From an uncultured Candidatus Melainabacteria bacterium (GTDB lineage Bacteria; Cyanobacteriota; Vampirovibrionia; Gastranaerophilales; Gastranaerophilaceae): 64,000 nt of DNA. A program made the translations under genes and the position numbers. The notes under the pieces were generated by a model, which was not told the origin of the DNA, searched no databases, and saw only the letters and a list, made by a program, of their open reading frames with translations. Shown here piece after piece: positions 27,948-38,105 of the stretch; position 1 is the stretch's first letter; each line of letters starts with the position of its first letter. The stretch lies in NCBI GenBank assembly GCA_934757255.1, contig CAKVLL010000004.1, positions 5,019 to 69,018 of the forward strand. Reading direction: 5' to 3'.

Positions 27948-28707
27948 TTACGTTACAGAAGCTATTAATTTAAAATCTTATAATTTGAACGATGCGGATA
28001 AAATAATTGTTATGTATTCAAAAGACAACGGACTTATTAAAGGAGTTGCAAAGGGGATAAAGAAACCGAAAAGTAAACTTGGCGCAAGAATGGATTTACT
28101 TGTTGCTAATACTTTACAGCTGCTGAAAGGTCGTTCTATGGATACAATTGTTCAAGCGCAAACGGTAAATCATTTTCGGAAAACCAGAGAAGATATGGAT
28201 AAACTTATGCTTTCTTCTTATATTTCAGAAGTTGTTATGAATTTTGGCGAAGGCTCTGAGGCTGCTTCTAAAGAAATTTATGAACTTCTTTATAAGGCCT
28301 TAAACAGAATTGCAAATTCCGTAGAAAAAAAAGATATGTTAATTGCAGCAATAAAATTCCAACTAAAAATGCTTTTGATTATGGGATTTTGTGTAGAATT
28401 AGATACTTGTCTTTGTTGTCGCGAACAGGTTTTGGATGAAGAAATGTATTTTTCTTCTTCTATGGGTGGAATTATTTGCAAAGAATGCAATGAACATCTA
28501 GGTGTAAAACTTAAGATGCACAACAAAATTCGTGACTTTTTACAAGCAATGCTTCAATTTGATTTTGAATATGAAAGCGACTACGATAAAAAAGCTACCG
28601 AAAAAGTTTGTCAGGTTTGTTTTGATTTGTTAGACGAATACATAAAAACACATACAAATAAACGCCAAAAGTCAGTTAAATTAATTAAAGAAATGGCAGG
28701 TGTATAA
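27940..28707 (+). CDS. recO: DNA repair protein RecO
   Basis: N-terminal OB region (EAINLKSYNLNDADKIIVMYSKDNGLIKGVAKG) and zinc motif CLCC..CKEC. It overlaps the pilT end by 8 nt. Confidence 0.9.
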   Translation: MNNYVTEAINLKSYNLNDADKIIVMYSKDNGLIKGVAKGIKKPKSKLGARMDLLVANTLQLLKGRSMDTIVQAQTVNHFRKTREDMDKLMLSSYISEVVMNFGEGSEAASKEIYELLYKALNRIANSVEKKDMLIAAIKFQLKMLLIMGFCVELDTCLCCREQVLDEEMYFSSSMGGIICKECNEHLGVKLKMHNKIRDFLQAMLQFDFEYESDYDKKATEKVCQVCFDLLDEYIKTHTNKRQKSVKLIKEMAGV

Positions 28708-29417
28708 TGCCGAAAAAGAAAATTAAACTTGCGCATTTGTATCCGAAATTATTAAACATATACGGTGACGGCGGAAACATTCTTACACTAAAAAAAAGAT
28801 GTGAATGGCGCGGTATAGATATAGAAATAGATGAAATTAATATTGGCGATGAAATCACAGAACATGATATGTATTTTATCGGTGGTGGTCAAGATTTACA
28901 ACAAATTGCAGTATCTAAAGAACTACAAAAACATAAAGAATTCTTGACCGCTGAACGTGACAGGATGTCTGTTTTTCTTGGAATTTGTGGCGGATATCAA
29001 TTAATGGGACATTATTATCAACCGCATAACGGAGAAAAACTTCTAGGTATAGGTCTTTTAGACGCTTATACAATTGCCGGAGATAAAAGATTCATTGGCA
29101 ATGTTACAGTTCATACAGAATTGGTGGTGCCAAATACGCTGGTGGGATTTGAGAACCATAGTGGATTAACTTATTTGCAAGGCAAAACAGAACCTATCGG
29201 AGAAGTTGTAGTTGGTCATGGTAATAATGGTCGGGACAAAACCGAAGGTGCTAGATTTAAAAATGTATTCGGAACATATTTACATGGTTCATTTTTACCT
29301 AAGAATCCTCAATTTGCAGATTATTTAATAGAATTGGCATTAGGCTCAAAACCTGAACCTTTGAATGACGATATTGAAAATCGCGCACACAATGCTCTAA
29401 TTAATAAACAATATTAA
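28707..29417 (+). CDS. gatD: CobQ-type glutamine amidotransferase, GatD-like (lipid II isoglutaminyl synthase glutaminase subunit)
   Basis: Contains LYPKLLNIYGDGGNILTLKKRCEWRGI, the nucleophile block GICGGYQLMG, GFENHSG and GTYLHG. Its start shares a base with the recO stop (TAATG). Confidence 0.8.
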   Translation: MPKKKIKLAHLYPKLLNIYGDGGNILTLKKRCEWRGIDIEIDEINIGDEITEHDMYFIGGGQDLQQIAVSKELQKHKEFLTAERDRMSVFLGICGGYQLMGHYYQPHNGEKLLGIGLLDAYTIAGDKRFIGNVTVHTELVVPNTLVGFENHSGLTYLQGKTEPIGEVVVGHGNNGRDKTEGARFKNVFGTYLHGSFLPKNPQFADYLIELALGSKPEPLNDDIENRAHNALINKQY

Positions 29418-29513
29418 GATTTGTAACATTATTCTCCAATATTCTAAAGTTTTTCCAAAAAATGCCGTTAATGTTAGTGTGAAAACAATCATTTTAAAAT
29501 GATGTAAGTTTGG

Positions 29514-32500
29514 ATGGGAAAAATGTCTAAGAATATTGGCGAAATTAAATACAATGATTATTTGGCTCAAAAATGCAGGGTCAGAGAAGCGACTGAAAAA
29601 AATATTAACAGTCTATTTTCGCGTAATGTTATAAACCAAGCACAACGTGATGAATTACTTCAAATGTATTTGCGTGGTGAAATCTCATTTGGTGAAGATG
29701 GTTTAACTGAGGATGAAGCTAAACATTTTACTCAAAATGATTTTCAAGATATTTCTAATAATGTAAAAGAAAAAACTGAGGGAGGAACTAAAACAACATA
29801 TATTATACAACCAGGAGATACTCCAGAGAAAATTGCTCAAAAAATGGGTTTGGAAGGTGATGATGCTAAAAATTTTGCAAGAAAAATTAAGGCTCAAGCT
29901 ATTAAGAATGGTATGTATAAACGCTATGGCTTTCAAACAGGAGATATGATTATATTACCTGGTGATTTTAACAAAAAAATTGCTAATATGCAGTTAAATG
30001 GTAATTATGCAACAGATACTAAATCAATCAACGAAAACTATAGAGAAGCTGTCCAAACTAAGACAGAAGAACATACAAATTCGTCATCTCAACAAATTAA
30101 AAAAAATTCTTTGGTAGACAAAAAAATCTTAAAAAAAGATGAAATTATTGCCCAAAAAGTAAAAGCAGATGCTAATACTATTGTAAATGGACTTAAAAAC
30201 GGTGCAAGTCCTTCTAATAAATTATTAGATAATATAAATGCAAGTAATGTAGTATTTGTATTAGCACTCTATAACCAGAAAACCGGTAGAAGTTTAGCAA
30301 ATGATTTGATAAATAATGGCGGTAAGAATTTAAAAACTGTAAAAGATAAAGTTTGTTGGCAATTAGCAAAACGCGCTCAAGAACTAAAACTTAGCGGAAT
30401 CTATTATGGCGATTATATGAACATCAAAGACGCGAAAAAGCTTACAGATTGGATTGATAAGGCTCAAACCAAAATATTTGCTGCAGAACAAACTAAAAAT
30501 CCAGCATACAAAACGTTATTAAGCAATACAAAGAATATTAAGAATCAGAGAAATACGAAAGACATTGAGTTTGACGCGCAAATATTAGCAAATAACTTAT
30601 TTCTTGAAATAGATGGTTTTGGTTCTGATAATAATAAGACAAAGGCATTATTAGCAAAATTAACACCAGAGAATGTAGCTTTTGTTGTTGAAGGTTACAA
30701 AAACGCAAAAGGTATATCATCTCATGATGTATTAATAACCGATGTTAAAATACCAAAATCTAATTATACGCATACAACACTAGCCAGAGCCATTTCACGT
30801 GAATTTGGTTTAGGTTTAGACGATATAAAAAGTAAAATATGTAAAAAACTCGTTCAACAAGCTAAATCATTAGGATTAACAGGTATTTATTATGGTGATT
30901 ATGCGAAACTGAATGATATAAATTCTCTTGACTCTTGGATTAATATTGTATCTAAAAAAATCCGCTCTGCGATGAAATTAAATCAAACGCAAGCTGCTAC
31001 TATTAGCAATTTTACTGATGATGAAAAACAAAAAGCTGAAAATCCATACTACAAAAAAGCCGGTATAAAAAGTATTAAAATGTCACGAGATAAGGCTGGA
31101 AATGTATTAGAAACCAGATTTCACTACGAAGATGGTAAGAGTGTTACAGAAAAATTTGTAGCGGCTACAAAAGTTGATGGCAAACGTATTTTTGATAATA
31201 AGATTAAAATTGCAGTAAATAATGATGGCAAGTATATCGTAGAAGATACATCTGGTAATATTTTGAAAATGCTTAATGGTAGAACTTCTTTTTCAATTAA
31301 TGGCAAAACATACCATATTGAACGATTAAGAGTATTAACTCAAGAAGCTAAAACAAATAAAACTGAAAATTCAACTATAATAAAAGAACCGATTCCAATA
31401 AAAATTAAATTGCCAACAGGAGCGAATGAAGGTGCAAAGAAATTTGCAAAAGCTTTAGAAGAAAACAAAGCTACTTTAATGAAAGAACTAAATTTAGACA
31501 ATGATACATATAATAAACTTGCTAAATTAGCTCTTGCTATTGCAGAACAAGAAACTAATTTCGGTACAAATGGTCGTTATAGGCAGATAAAATATAATTT
31601 AGGTCAAACTATAAATGAAAGTGCTTCAAAAGATCTCGAAAGTTTTATAAATAATACATTAAAAGATTCTTCAACAATTGGTTTAGGAAATGCTGCTATA
31701 AAAACGGCAGTTCTAACAACGGCAAGTGCTGCTCATGATTTTTCAGCCGGTCCGACTCAAATCAAATTCAATGATCAATGTAAAGATAGTTGGATAAAAA
31801 ATAAAATGAACAAACTTGGTATCAATAAATCAGCTGATTTATACGATATGGCAACTTCTGCAAAAGCTACAATGGTAATTCTTGCAAGAAATAATAGTAT
31901 AATACATGATAATAAATGTTATCAAAATGGTATGAACGCAGCTAGAGGTGCAGTTGTTGCTAATGCTGGCTGGGAAATTAAAAATGGTACTTATCAAAAA
32001 ACCGGTAATACAAAACCATTTGTTAATACCGTAACAGACGAAGATGCTCTCTGTTACTGGTGGAATGGACGTTCTGTTGAGATTCTGGATGGAACTATGG
32101 AACCAGAATCTTGGGATTATACAAGAAATGTTAGAAAAAGTCTTTCAGATTATAAGATTGAAGAAGATAAACAAGTTAAAAGCAAGGCAGTTGAAAGAAT
32201 TAACACTGCTAAAGAATTAACTCAACCGAAATACACATCAATGGAAAACAATGGCGCAATAGGTTCTATCGTCTTTATGCCAAAAATGTACACAAATAAT
32301 CCATCTAATACATTACAAGAAATTGATGTACTTAAAGCTGGTTTAGAAAAAAATAATAGAATTAATGCTCAGTCAAAAATGCAGCTATTAAAAGCTGTTG
32401 AAAATGGAGAAATTAGTTTTGAATTTGGCTTAAAGCAAAAAGAAGTTAGTGCCTTAACTCAAAATGATGTTAACATGATGCTTGCTAATTTGTCTAAAAT

Positions 32501-33353
32501 CAAGGGGCAAATTAGTGCTACAGACGGTATAAATTTTGAAGATGGTATTGATGTAACTGAAGCGAAAACTTTAAGAACAAAATATGCGAATATGATTAGA
32601 AATTTTGAATTCGAATTTAAGAAAAATTATTTAAAATCACATTCAAAACAAGTTCCATTAAATATGATTTCAAAATATTCACAGGCACATAACATGTTAG
32701 AAACTCCAATTAATAACAAAATAGAATGGAGGAACCGTGAATACAGAAACGGTTTTGAAGGAAAAGTTGCCGATAAAGGTGTTAATTCTCAATACACATC
32801 TGAGGCTTCTCAATTGCTAGCGAAAACTTCACAACAAATAGCGAAAGATAGAAATAGCGGAGGACATTGTTTGCAAGCAGTAAGAGATGCAATGGTCGAA
32901 ACTGCAATTATAAAAAATTCGGATAAACGCAAGGATCAAACAATTGGCGAATTTTCGGATTTCAATCAAGGAACGTCAAGAGGTGCTGTAAGATTTTTCC
33001 TAGACCATCCAGAAGCTTTTGAAGAAGTTCGAATGGTAAAAGATGGAAATAATGCTCGTCAAATCAATAGCACTGATTTACCAAGTCTACCAGCGGGATA
33101 TTTTGTATTATGGATTCCAGATGATGATTTCGTTAAAAATAGAGAAGTCGCAGAACCTGGACATATTTCAATCACAAATGGTTATGGTCAAGCTTACGCT
33201 GATGAAACTGATAACCTTGATTGGGGTAACTACAGAGGACTCGGAGTCGATAAGAAAGATGCCAGTGGCAAAGGTGAACATGGTACGTTTAGGGTATTTA
33301 GACTTACTAATAAATGGAAAGTTGAAAATGGCAAATTAAAATTTAATAGCTAA
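29514..33353 (+). CDS. 1279-aa multidomain protein: LysM + duplicated unknown module + lytic-transglycosylase-like + C-terminal Cys/His amidase-like domain
   Basis: - LysM: YIIQPGDTPEKIAQKMGL...GDMIILPG.
- Two paralogous modules of about 100-120 aa, each ending ..LSGIYYGDYMNIKDAKKLTDWIDKAQTKI and ..LTGIYYGDYAKLNDINSLDSWINIVSKKI.
- SLT-like blocks: LALAIAEQETNFG and GPTQIKF.
- C-terminal GGHCLQAVRDAM and EPGHISITNG.
- No N-terminal hydrophobic signal. Confidence 0.8.
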   Translation: MGKMSKNIGEIKYNDYLAQKCRVREATEKNINSLFSRNVINQAQRDELLQMYLRGEISFGEDGLTEDEAKHFTQNDFQDISNNVKEKTEGGTKTTYIIQPGDTPEKIAQKMGLEGDDAKNFARKIKAQAIKNGMYKRYGFQTGDMIILPGDFNKKIANMQLNGNYATDTKSINENYREAVQTKTEEHTNSSSQQIKKNSLVDKKILKKDEIIAQKVKADANTIVNGLKNGASPSNKLLDNINASNVVFVLALYNQKTGRSLANDLINNGGKNLKTVKDKVCWQLAKRAQELKLSGIYYGDYMNIKDAKKLTDWIDKAQTKIFAAEQTKNPAYKTLLSNTKNIKNQRNTKDIEFDAQILANNLFLEIDGFGSDNNKTKALLAKLTPENVAFVVEGYKNAKGISSHDVLITDVKIPKSNYTHTTLARAISREFGLGLDDIKSKICKKLVQQAKSLGLTGIYYGDYAKLNDINSLDSWINIVSKKIRSAMKLNQTQAATISNFTDDEKQKAENPYYKKAGIKSIKMSRDKAGNVLETRFHYEDGKSVTEKFVAATKVDGKRIFDNKIKIAVNNDGKYIVEDTSGNILKMLNGRTSFSINGKTYHIERLRVLTQEAKTNKTENSTIIKEPIPIKIKLPTGANEGAKKFAKALEENKATLMKELNLDNDTYNKLAKLALAIAEQETNFGTNGRYRQIKYNLGQTINESASKDLESFINNTLKDSSTIGLGNAAIKTAVLTTASAAHDFSAGPTQIKFNDQCKDSWIKNKMNKLGINKSADLYDMATSAKATMVILARNNSIIHDNKCYQNGMNAARGAVVANAGWEIKNGTYQKTGNTKPFVNTVTDEDALCYWWNGRSVEILDGTMEPESWDYTRNVRKSLSDYKIEEDKQVKSKAVERINTAKELTQPKYTSMENNGAIGSIVFMPKMYTNNPSNTLQEIDVLKAGLEKNNRINAQSKMQLLKAVENGEISFEFGLKQKEVSALTQNDVNMMLANLSKIKGQISATDGINFEDGIDVTEAKTLRTKYANMIRNFEFEFKKNYLKSHSKQVPLNMISKYSQAHNMLETPINNKIEWRNREYRNGFEGKVADKGVNSQYTSEASQLLAKTSQQIAKDRNSGGHCLQAVRDAMVETAIIKNSDKRKDQTIGEFSDFNQGTSRGAVRFFLDHPEAFEEVRMVKDGNNARQINSTDLPSLPAGYFVLWIPDDDFVKNREVAEPGHISITNGYGQAYADETDNLDWGNYRGLGVDKKDASGKGEHGTFRVFRLTNKWKVENGKLKFNS

Positions 33354-33355
33354 AT

Positions 33356-33862
33356 TTAGTCAAATGTAACATCTACACCATCAGTTATAATATCTTTAAT
33401 TTCATTTAAATAACTAACTAGCTTTTCATCTTTACCATTAAAAAAATTCGTCATATTTACAAAATTTTTATCTAATTCCTCGCAAATAATATCATATATT
33501 TGCATGCCGGCTTTAGTTAAAGCAGTTTTTCGAATCTGACGTCCATTTTTTGTTTCATTAGTACGGATAATTAATTCTTTCTCTTCTAAAGAATTAAGCA
33601 TCTGAGTAATATGCGCTCTACCTTTCAAAAGAAGCCTTGCAAGTTCTATTTGAGAGATTTCAGGACTTCTTACGATTGTATCCATAACACAAAATTCGCC
33701 TTGAGTAACGCCAATATTTGCAAATTTCTTTCTAAAAATTTGCATAAAATAACGCTCACAAATTTTTGCCGTACACTCTATTTTAAAAAGTGGACTATCC
33801 ACATAATGATACTTTATTCCCATAGATTGATTATATACCAAACTATGTTTTACGTAAATCAT
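33356..33862 (-). CDS. MarR family transcriptional regulator
   Basis: Winged HTH GVTQGEFCVMDTIVRSPEISQIELARLLLKGRAHITQMLNSLEEKELIIRTNETKNGRQIRKTALTKAG. The true start may be an internal Met (for example 33823). Confidence 0.85.
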   Translation of the reverse strand: MIYVKHSLVYNQSMGIKYHYVDSPLFKIECTAKICERYFMQIFRKKFANIGVTQGEFCVMDTIVRSPEISQIELARLLLKGRAHITQMLNSLEEKELIIRTNETKNGRQIRKTALTKAGMQIYDIICEELDKNFVNMTNFFNGKDEKLVSYLNEIKDIITDGVDVTFD

Positions 33863-33879
33863 TAAATTATAGATAAACT

Positions 33880-36129
33880 TTAGTCAATCTTTTTTAAAAC
33901 TACTATACTATTTGGCGCCATAGATAGATTTTGATTAAGGTTAGTAATATCTTTTCTTCCCTTATTCATATAACCCATTCCGCCGTATTTTTCGTCATCA
34001 CTATTTAAGATTTCTTCCCATTTACCTTTTGGAAAGTTGAAATAACTGTAATTCTTGTCCATAAAACCATTTCCAAAATGTTTTAAGATTAACAATTCTT
34101 CATCATCGTATTTTAAAGTATGAATGTGTACATTGTGGTTATGATCTTTGTATGTTGAATTAATTTCACCTTCTGCCACTGCAGGATAATTATCTAGCAA
34201 ATCTCTTAAATCTTTATTAAAGGCTTGTAATTGTTTCGGTGTATTTTTAAATATACCTTGATATTCAACTCTACCTACAACTGAATCCGGACGAGCAACT
34301 TCCTCTAAAGTATCGTACCCCTTTTCTGCTGTCCAATTTGCATTCGGATATTTTTCTCTTTCTAATTTTGTGCCGGATAATTCTCTAAAGAATTTGAAGT
34401 GTGATAAATCACCTTCATCATCGCCTTGGAAAAACATTTTTGGTCCCGGAGTTGTCATGAAAGTTCCTGTAAGCAACTTCTGTTTCGCAATTGCAGTCTT
34501 GAATGTGTTAATTAAATCTTTTTTTGAAATAAATTTTGTTATGCCACATTCTCTTTCAGCTTGCTCTAACTCTTTGTCTGACATATCTCCAAAATTCTTA
34601 GACACAATTAATTCGCACAATTTTTGTGCAGCTTGAGCAGCTCTCTGTCCTTTTTCTCCATCATGAATTCCATTTACGGCAGAAAATAAATAAAAATGTC
34701 TTACTAAATATTTAGGCAAGAAGCGAGTTCCGTCCTCATTACCAATCTCATCATGGCTGTATGCATACTTCACTCTAAAATGAGAACTCTTTAAAAACCA
34801 TTCGACATCATCCAATCTGCTTGGATTTGAATCTATTACAGCTTTTGAAATCGCGTCTTTATATTCAGAATCCCATTCGCTATCAAAACCAATACTTCTA
34901 GGAGAAGTATTATCACGATATGCAATATTATCGTCAATTCTGTTTATTTCTTGTTCATGCGACATATCAGGATTTTTGTAATAACTTGTTATTTCATGTC
35001 TTTTATGCATATGGTCTTCTGCAATCAAAAATACGTCAGGATTATGGTTATTTACTTCCAGAGCAATTTCTCTCAATAAATAATCTGAACCTGTATAGTT
35101 AGGATTTGTAAGGTCAAATCTTAAGCCATCAACTTTGAACTCATTTGCCCACCATAAGGCTGCATTTGTCATCCAATCTCTAACGTATCTACTGTTTTCG
35201 CCTTCATAATTTAATAAATTACCAAACTCACCAGAACCTTTAATATAAGGTCCTGTCTGTGAAAGATAATCACCATCTGGTCCCATGTGATTTGGCACCA
35301 TATCCATAATTACGTTTAAGCCTTTTCCGTGGATATAGTCTACTAATTCTTTTAATTTATCAGGACCGCCCATATTTTCATTTGCAGCAAATTTATCAAC
35401 GCCATCGTATCCCCATTGTTTTGAAAATGTATTTTCAACCGGCATTAATTCGATTGCTGTTGCAAACCCTTTTGAAGCTATTTTATCAATTCTTGCTTTT
35501 GCTCCTTCAAAAGTACCTTCTTTTGATAGAGTTGGTACATTAACTTCTTCAATAATTAATTTATCCAATCCTCTTAAGCTTTTATCAGGTTGTCTGACAA
35601 TTCGTTTTGTATTACTTTTATCAAACCAATCCAAATTTTTCCACTGGTATCCACCTTGATTGTATACGGAACTCCAACCCAAAACATTTTCTTGTTTTTT
35701 TGCGTATGGATCTTTTACCAAATTGACATCATTGTCTTTTGTTACAACTACAAATCTATATTTATCTCCAGGTTTTGCATCAATATCATCTGCTGTAAAA
35801 ACACCATTACCTTTATTTTCCATTGGATAAACTTCGGAATCCTTATTAATGGAAGAAACTGCAAAAGCGCCTGCTCCTGCCGTAAAAACACTTACCAATC
35901 TATCTCTAATATTGCCTAACTTTGCATCGAATTTATTTGCTACTTCTACAAAAACAGCTTTAGCGTCAGGAAAAGAAAACAGTTTAAAATTAGTTTTTCC
36001 TGTTTCTTTAAAATAATTTGCCCCCCAACTTACATGCTCCGACCAATTTCTTTGAAAAGTCGGTCTTGTCTGATTGTTTTGTAAGTACTGTTTTCTTTGA
36101 ATCCCTGAATTAATTTTCTCTATTCTCAT
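33880..36129 (-). CDS. GH13 alpha-glucan-active enzyme (CBM48-like N-domain + alpha-amylase catalytic domain; branching-enzyme-like)
   Basis: GH13 regions: I GLNVIMDMVPNH, II VDGLRFD, III FLIAEDH, IV YAYSHDEIGN. The upstream E-set-like segment is PGDKYRFVVVTKDNDVNLVKDPYA. Confidence 0.85.
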   Translation of the reverse strand: MRIEKINSGIQRKQYLQNNQTRPTFQRNWSEHVSWGANYFKETGKTNFKLFSFPDAKAVFVEVANKFDAKLGNIRDRLVSVFTAGAGAFAVSSINKDSEVYPMENKGNGVFTADDIDAKPGDKYRFVVVTKDNDVNLVKDPYAKKQENVLGWSSVYNQGGYQWKNLDWFDKSNTKRIVRQPDKSLRGLDKLIIEEVNVPTLSKEGTFEGAKARIDKIASKGFATAIELMPVENTFSKQWGYDGVDKFAANENMGGPDKLKELVDYIHGKGLNVIMDMVPNHMGPDGDYLSQTGPYIKGSGEFGNLLNYEGENSRYVRDWMTNAALWWANEFKVDGLRFDLTNPNYTGSDYLLREIALEVNNHNPDVFLIAEDHMHKRHEITSYYKNPDMSHEQEINRIDDNIAYRDNTSPRSIGFDSEWDSEYKDAISKAVIDSNPSRLDDVEWFLKSSHFRVKYAYSHDEIGNEDGTRFLPKYLVRHFYLFSAVNGIHDGEKGQRAAQAAQKLCELIVSKNFGDMSDKELEQAERECGITKFISKKDLINTFKTAIAKQKLLTGTFMTTPGPKMFFQGDDEGDLSHFKFFRELSGTKLEREKYPNANWTAEKGYDTLEEVARPDSVVGRVEYQGIFKNTPKQLQAFNKDLRDLLDNYPAVAEGEINSTYKDHNHNVHIHTLKYDDEELLILKHFGNGFMDKNYSYFNFPKGKWEEILNSDDEKYGGMGYMNKGRKDITNLNQNLSMAPNSIVVLKKID

Positions 36130-36176
36130 TTTTTCTCCTAATACACACTTATTTGTTTTTTGTTCTGTTTTTATTT

Positions 36177-36237
36177 GTTGGGCTGAAAGCCCAACCTACC
36201 TTTGTTTTAAGGGATGAACCCTCACCCAAATTTCTAA
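36177..36237. repeat. GC-rich intergenic repeats (gttgggc-tgaaa-gcccaac hairpin plus truncated ccctcaccc-aaatttctaa element)
   Basis: A 7-bp GC hairpin at 36177-36195. The segment ccctcacccaaatttctaa at 36219-36237 resembles the left end of the long elements at 48181 and 49243. Confidence 0.65.
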
Positions 36238-36276
36238 ATTAAGTAATGAAACAAAAACTCGTAAAAATTTTTTTTG

Positions 36277-37176
36277 CTACTCTTTTTCGGATTTGTAACC
36301 AAAATTCTTTAGAATTTTATCTTTCTTTCTCCAATCCTTTTCTACCTTCACTTCCAAGCCTAAAAAGACTTTCTTTTCAACAATATTTTCTAATTCCAAG
36401 CGAGCATCAGTTCCGATTTTCTTAAGCAAATTGCCACCTTTTCCAATCAAAATTCCCTTTTGGCTTTTTTGTTCACAAAATATTGTCGCATAAATTCTAT
36501 CAATATCTTCTTTTTCTTCATATTTTTCAACTTTGATTGCAACTGAATGCGGAATCTCGTCCTGCGTATTCAAAAGCACTTTTTCACGAATAATTTCTTC
36601 GGCTACAGAACGCATATTTTCTTCAGTTACAACATCTTCAGGGTATAAATACTCTCCATCTGGAAGTTTTTTGAAGATATTTGAAAGAAGTGTATCTTTG
36701 TTTCTGCCGGTTTTTGCCGAAATTCTTACAACAGGAATGTTTTCTTCAAATAACATCTTGTAAGAAATTAAATTTTCTTCAACTTTTTCGGTCTTTTTAA
36801 CTTTATCTACTTTATTCATAACAAGCACTACTGGAATTTTACATTGTTTTAAAATATTTTCCACTATCCACTTGTCACCCTTTCCTGCCGGTTCTGTACC
36901 ATCAACCAAAAATAAAACTAAATCCGCATCAGGAACTGCAACTTTTGCCTCATCAAGCAAAAATTCGCCAAGCTTATTTAAAGGTCTATGTACTCCAGGA
37001 GTATCAACAAAAATAATTTGTCCTCTATCTTCGGTTAAAATACCTTTGATACGTTTTCTTGTTGTTTGCGCCTTATCTGTTGTTATTACAATCTTTTGTC
37101 CTAAAATTTGGTTCAAAAGAGTTGACTTCCCCACATTAGGACGCCCTAATATTGCTACAAATCCACACTTCTTCAT
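36277..37176 (-). CDS. era: GTPase Era
   Basis: MKKCGFVAILGRPNVGKSTLLN (G1), DTPG (G3), NKVD (G4) and a C-terminal KH domain. I use the ATG at 37176; the 66-codon upstream extension in the track looks like translated AT-rich leader. Confidence 0.92.
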   Translation of the reverse strand: MKKCGFVAILGRPNVGKSTLLNQILGQKIVITTDKAQTTRKRIKGILTEDRGQIIFVDTPGVHRPLNKLGEFLLDEAKVAVPDADLVLFLVDGTEPAGKGDKWIVENILKQCKIPVVLVMNKVDKVKKTEKVEENLISYKMLFEENIPVVRISAKTGRNKDTLLSNIFKKLPDGEYLYPEDVVTEENMRSVAEEIIREKVLLNTQDEIPHSVAIKVEKYEEKEDIDRIYATIFCEQKSQKGILIGKGGNLLKKIGTDARLELENIVEKKVFLGLEVKVEKDWRKKDKILKNFGYKSEKE

Positions 37177-37471
37177 ACCACTTAAGTATATCAAAAACAT
37201 AATAAGACATGTAAAATGTAAAGTTTTGTAACAATTTAGTAAGTTTAAAAACAAATAAAAACCGAGCGAAAAGAGTATAACTTTAAATAAATATGTACTT
37301 AAAAGAGAAAAAAATATCTTATTGGCAAAAAAATTTTTACAGAAAAATAAAAAAATCTTTACATCGCGAAACATTTTGATTCATTTTTAAAGTTTTATGT
37401 TACATTATAAAAAGGAAATCCGTTATGGGGAATTAAGTTAGACTATCACAGATTATTATAGGAGAAATTTG

Positions 37472-38089
37472 ATGCCTAATTATTTGACTAAGGAAGAGAT
37501 AAGACAGTGGAGAGGTTCTTTGGAAAAAATTACGCTGGAAGAATTTGCAGCTAGATTAGGAAAAGAGGTAGAAGAGAGTAAGCCGACTAATGACGTTGTA
37601 GATATAGTTATGTCTAAAGGCACATCTTCTAGCAATACTACTAAAAAAAGTAATAATAATGAAAGCTTTTCAAAAATTGCAGAACGCGCTTTTGAAAGAG
37701 AAAGACAAATTTCACATACACCATTTTCAGTAAGAAAAAGAGAACTGAAGATCCAAAAAGAAGAAACAGTTGTACAACCTGAACCTAAAAAGAAAGATGT
37801 TAAACCGGTTGCAAAGAAAGTTGAAACGGTTCTTGAAAAAGTTGAAGAAGTAACAACTTCTAAAAAAGATGTTCAAATTATACTAAAAAAATCTTTAACA
37901 GATAGAGAACAAATGGTTTTTGAATATTTACTTAACAATGTTGGTAAAACTGTTTTTGCAAAAGATTTGGCTACGCTATTAGATTTACCTAGAGATTATG
38001 TATATAAATATATAAAAAATTTAAGAGCAAAAATTGAAGGCGACAAGCTTATAAATGTTCCTTCTGGCGGTTTTATGTTAACAGAATAA
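37472..38089 (+). CDS. receiver-less protein with C-terminal OmpR/PhoB-type winged-helix DNA-binding domain
   Basis: The C-terminus LTDREQMVFEYLLNNVGKTVFAKDLATLLDLPRDYVYKYIKNLRAKIEGDKLINVPSGGFML fits the Trans_reg_C pattern (LT.rE..ll.yL..n.gkv.s...L...........v..hI..LR.Ki......i.tv.g.Gy.l). The N-terminal 140 aa are K/E-rich and unassigned. AGGAG Shine-Dalgarno upstream. Confidence 0.6.
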   Translation: MPNYLTKEEIRQWRGSLEKITLEEFAARLGKEVEESKPTNDVVDIVMSKGTSSSNTTKKSNNNESFSKIAERAFERERQISHTPFSVRKRELKIQKEETVVQPEPKKKDVKPVAKKVETVLEKVEEVTTSKKDVQIILKKSLTDREQMVFEYLLNNVGKTVFAKDLATLLDLPRDYVYKYIKNLRAKIEGDKLINVPSGGFMLTE

Positions 38090-38105
38090 TTTATCGACTA
38101 AAAGA

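Noticed and set aside
37177-37374. 66-codon N-terminal extension of the Era ORF in the six-frame track.
   Set aside because: The Era G1 motif begins right after the internal Met (MKKCGFVAILGRPNVGKS). The extension is a hydrophobic, F/L/I-rich translation of AT-rich leader and is not typical of Era.
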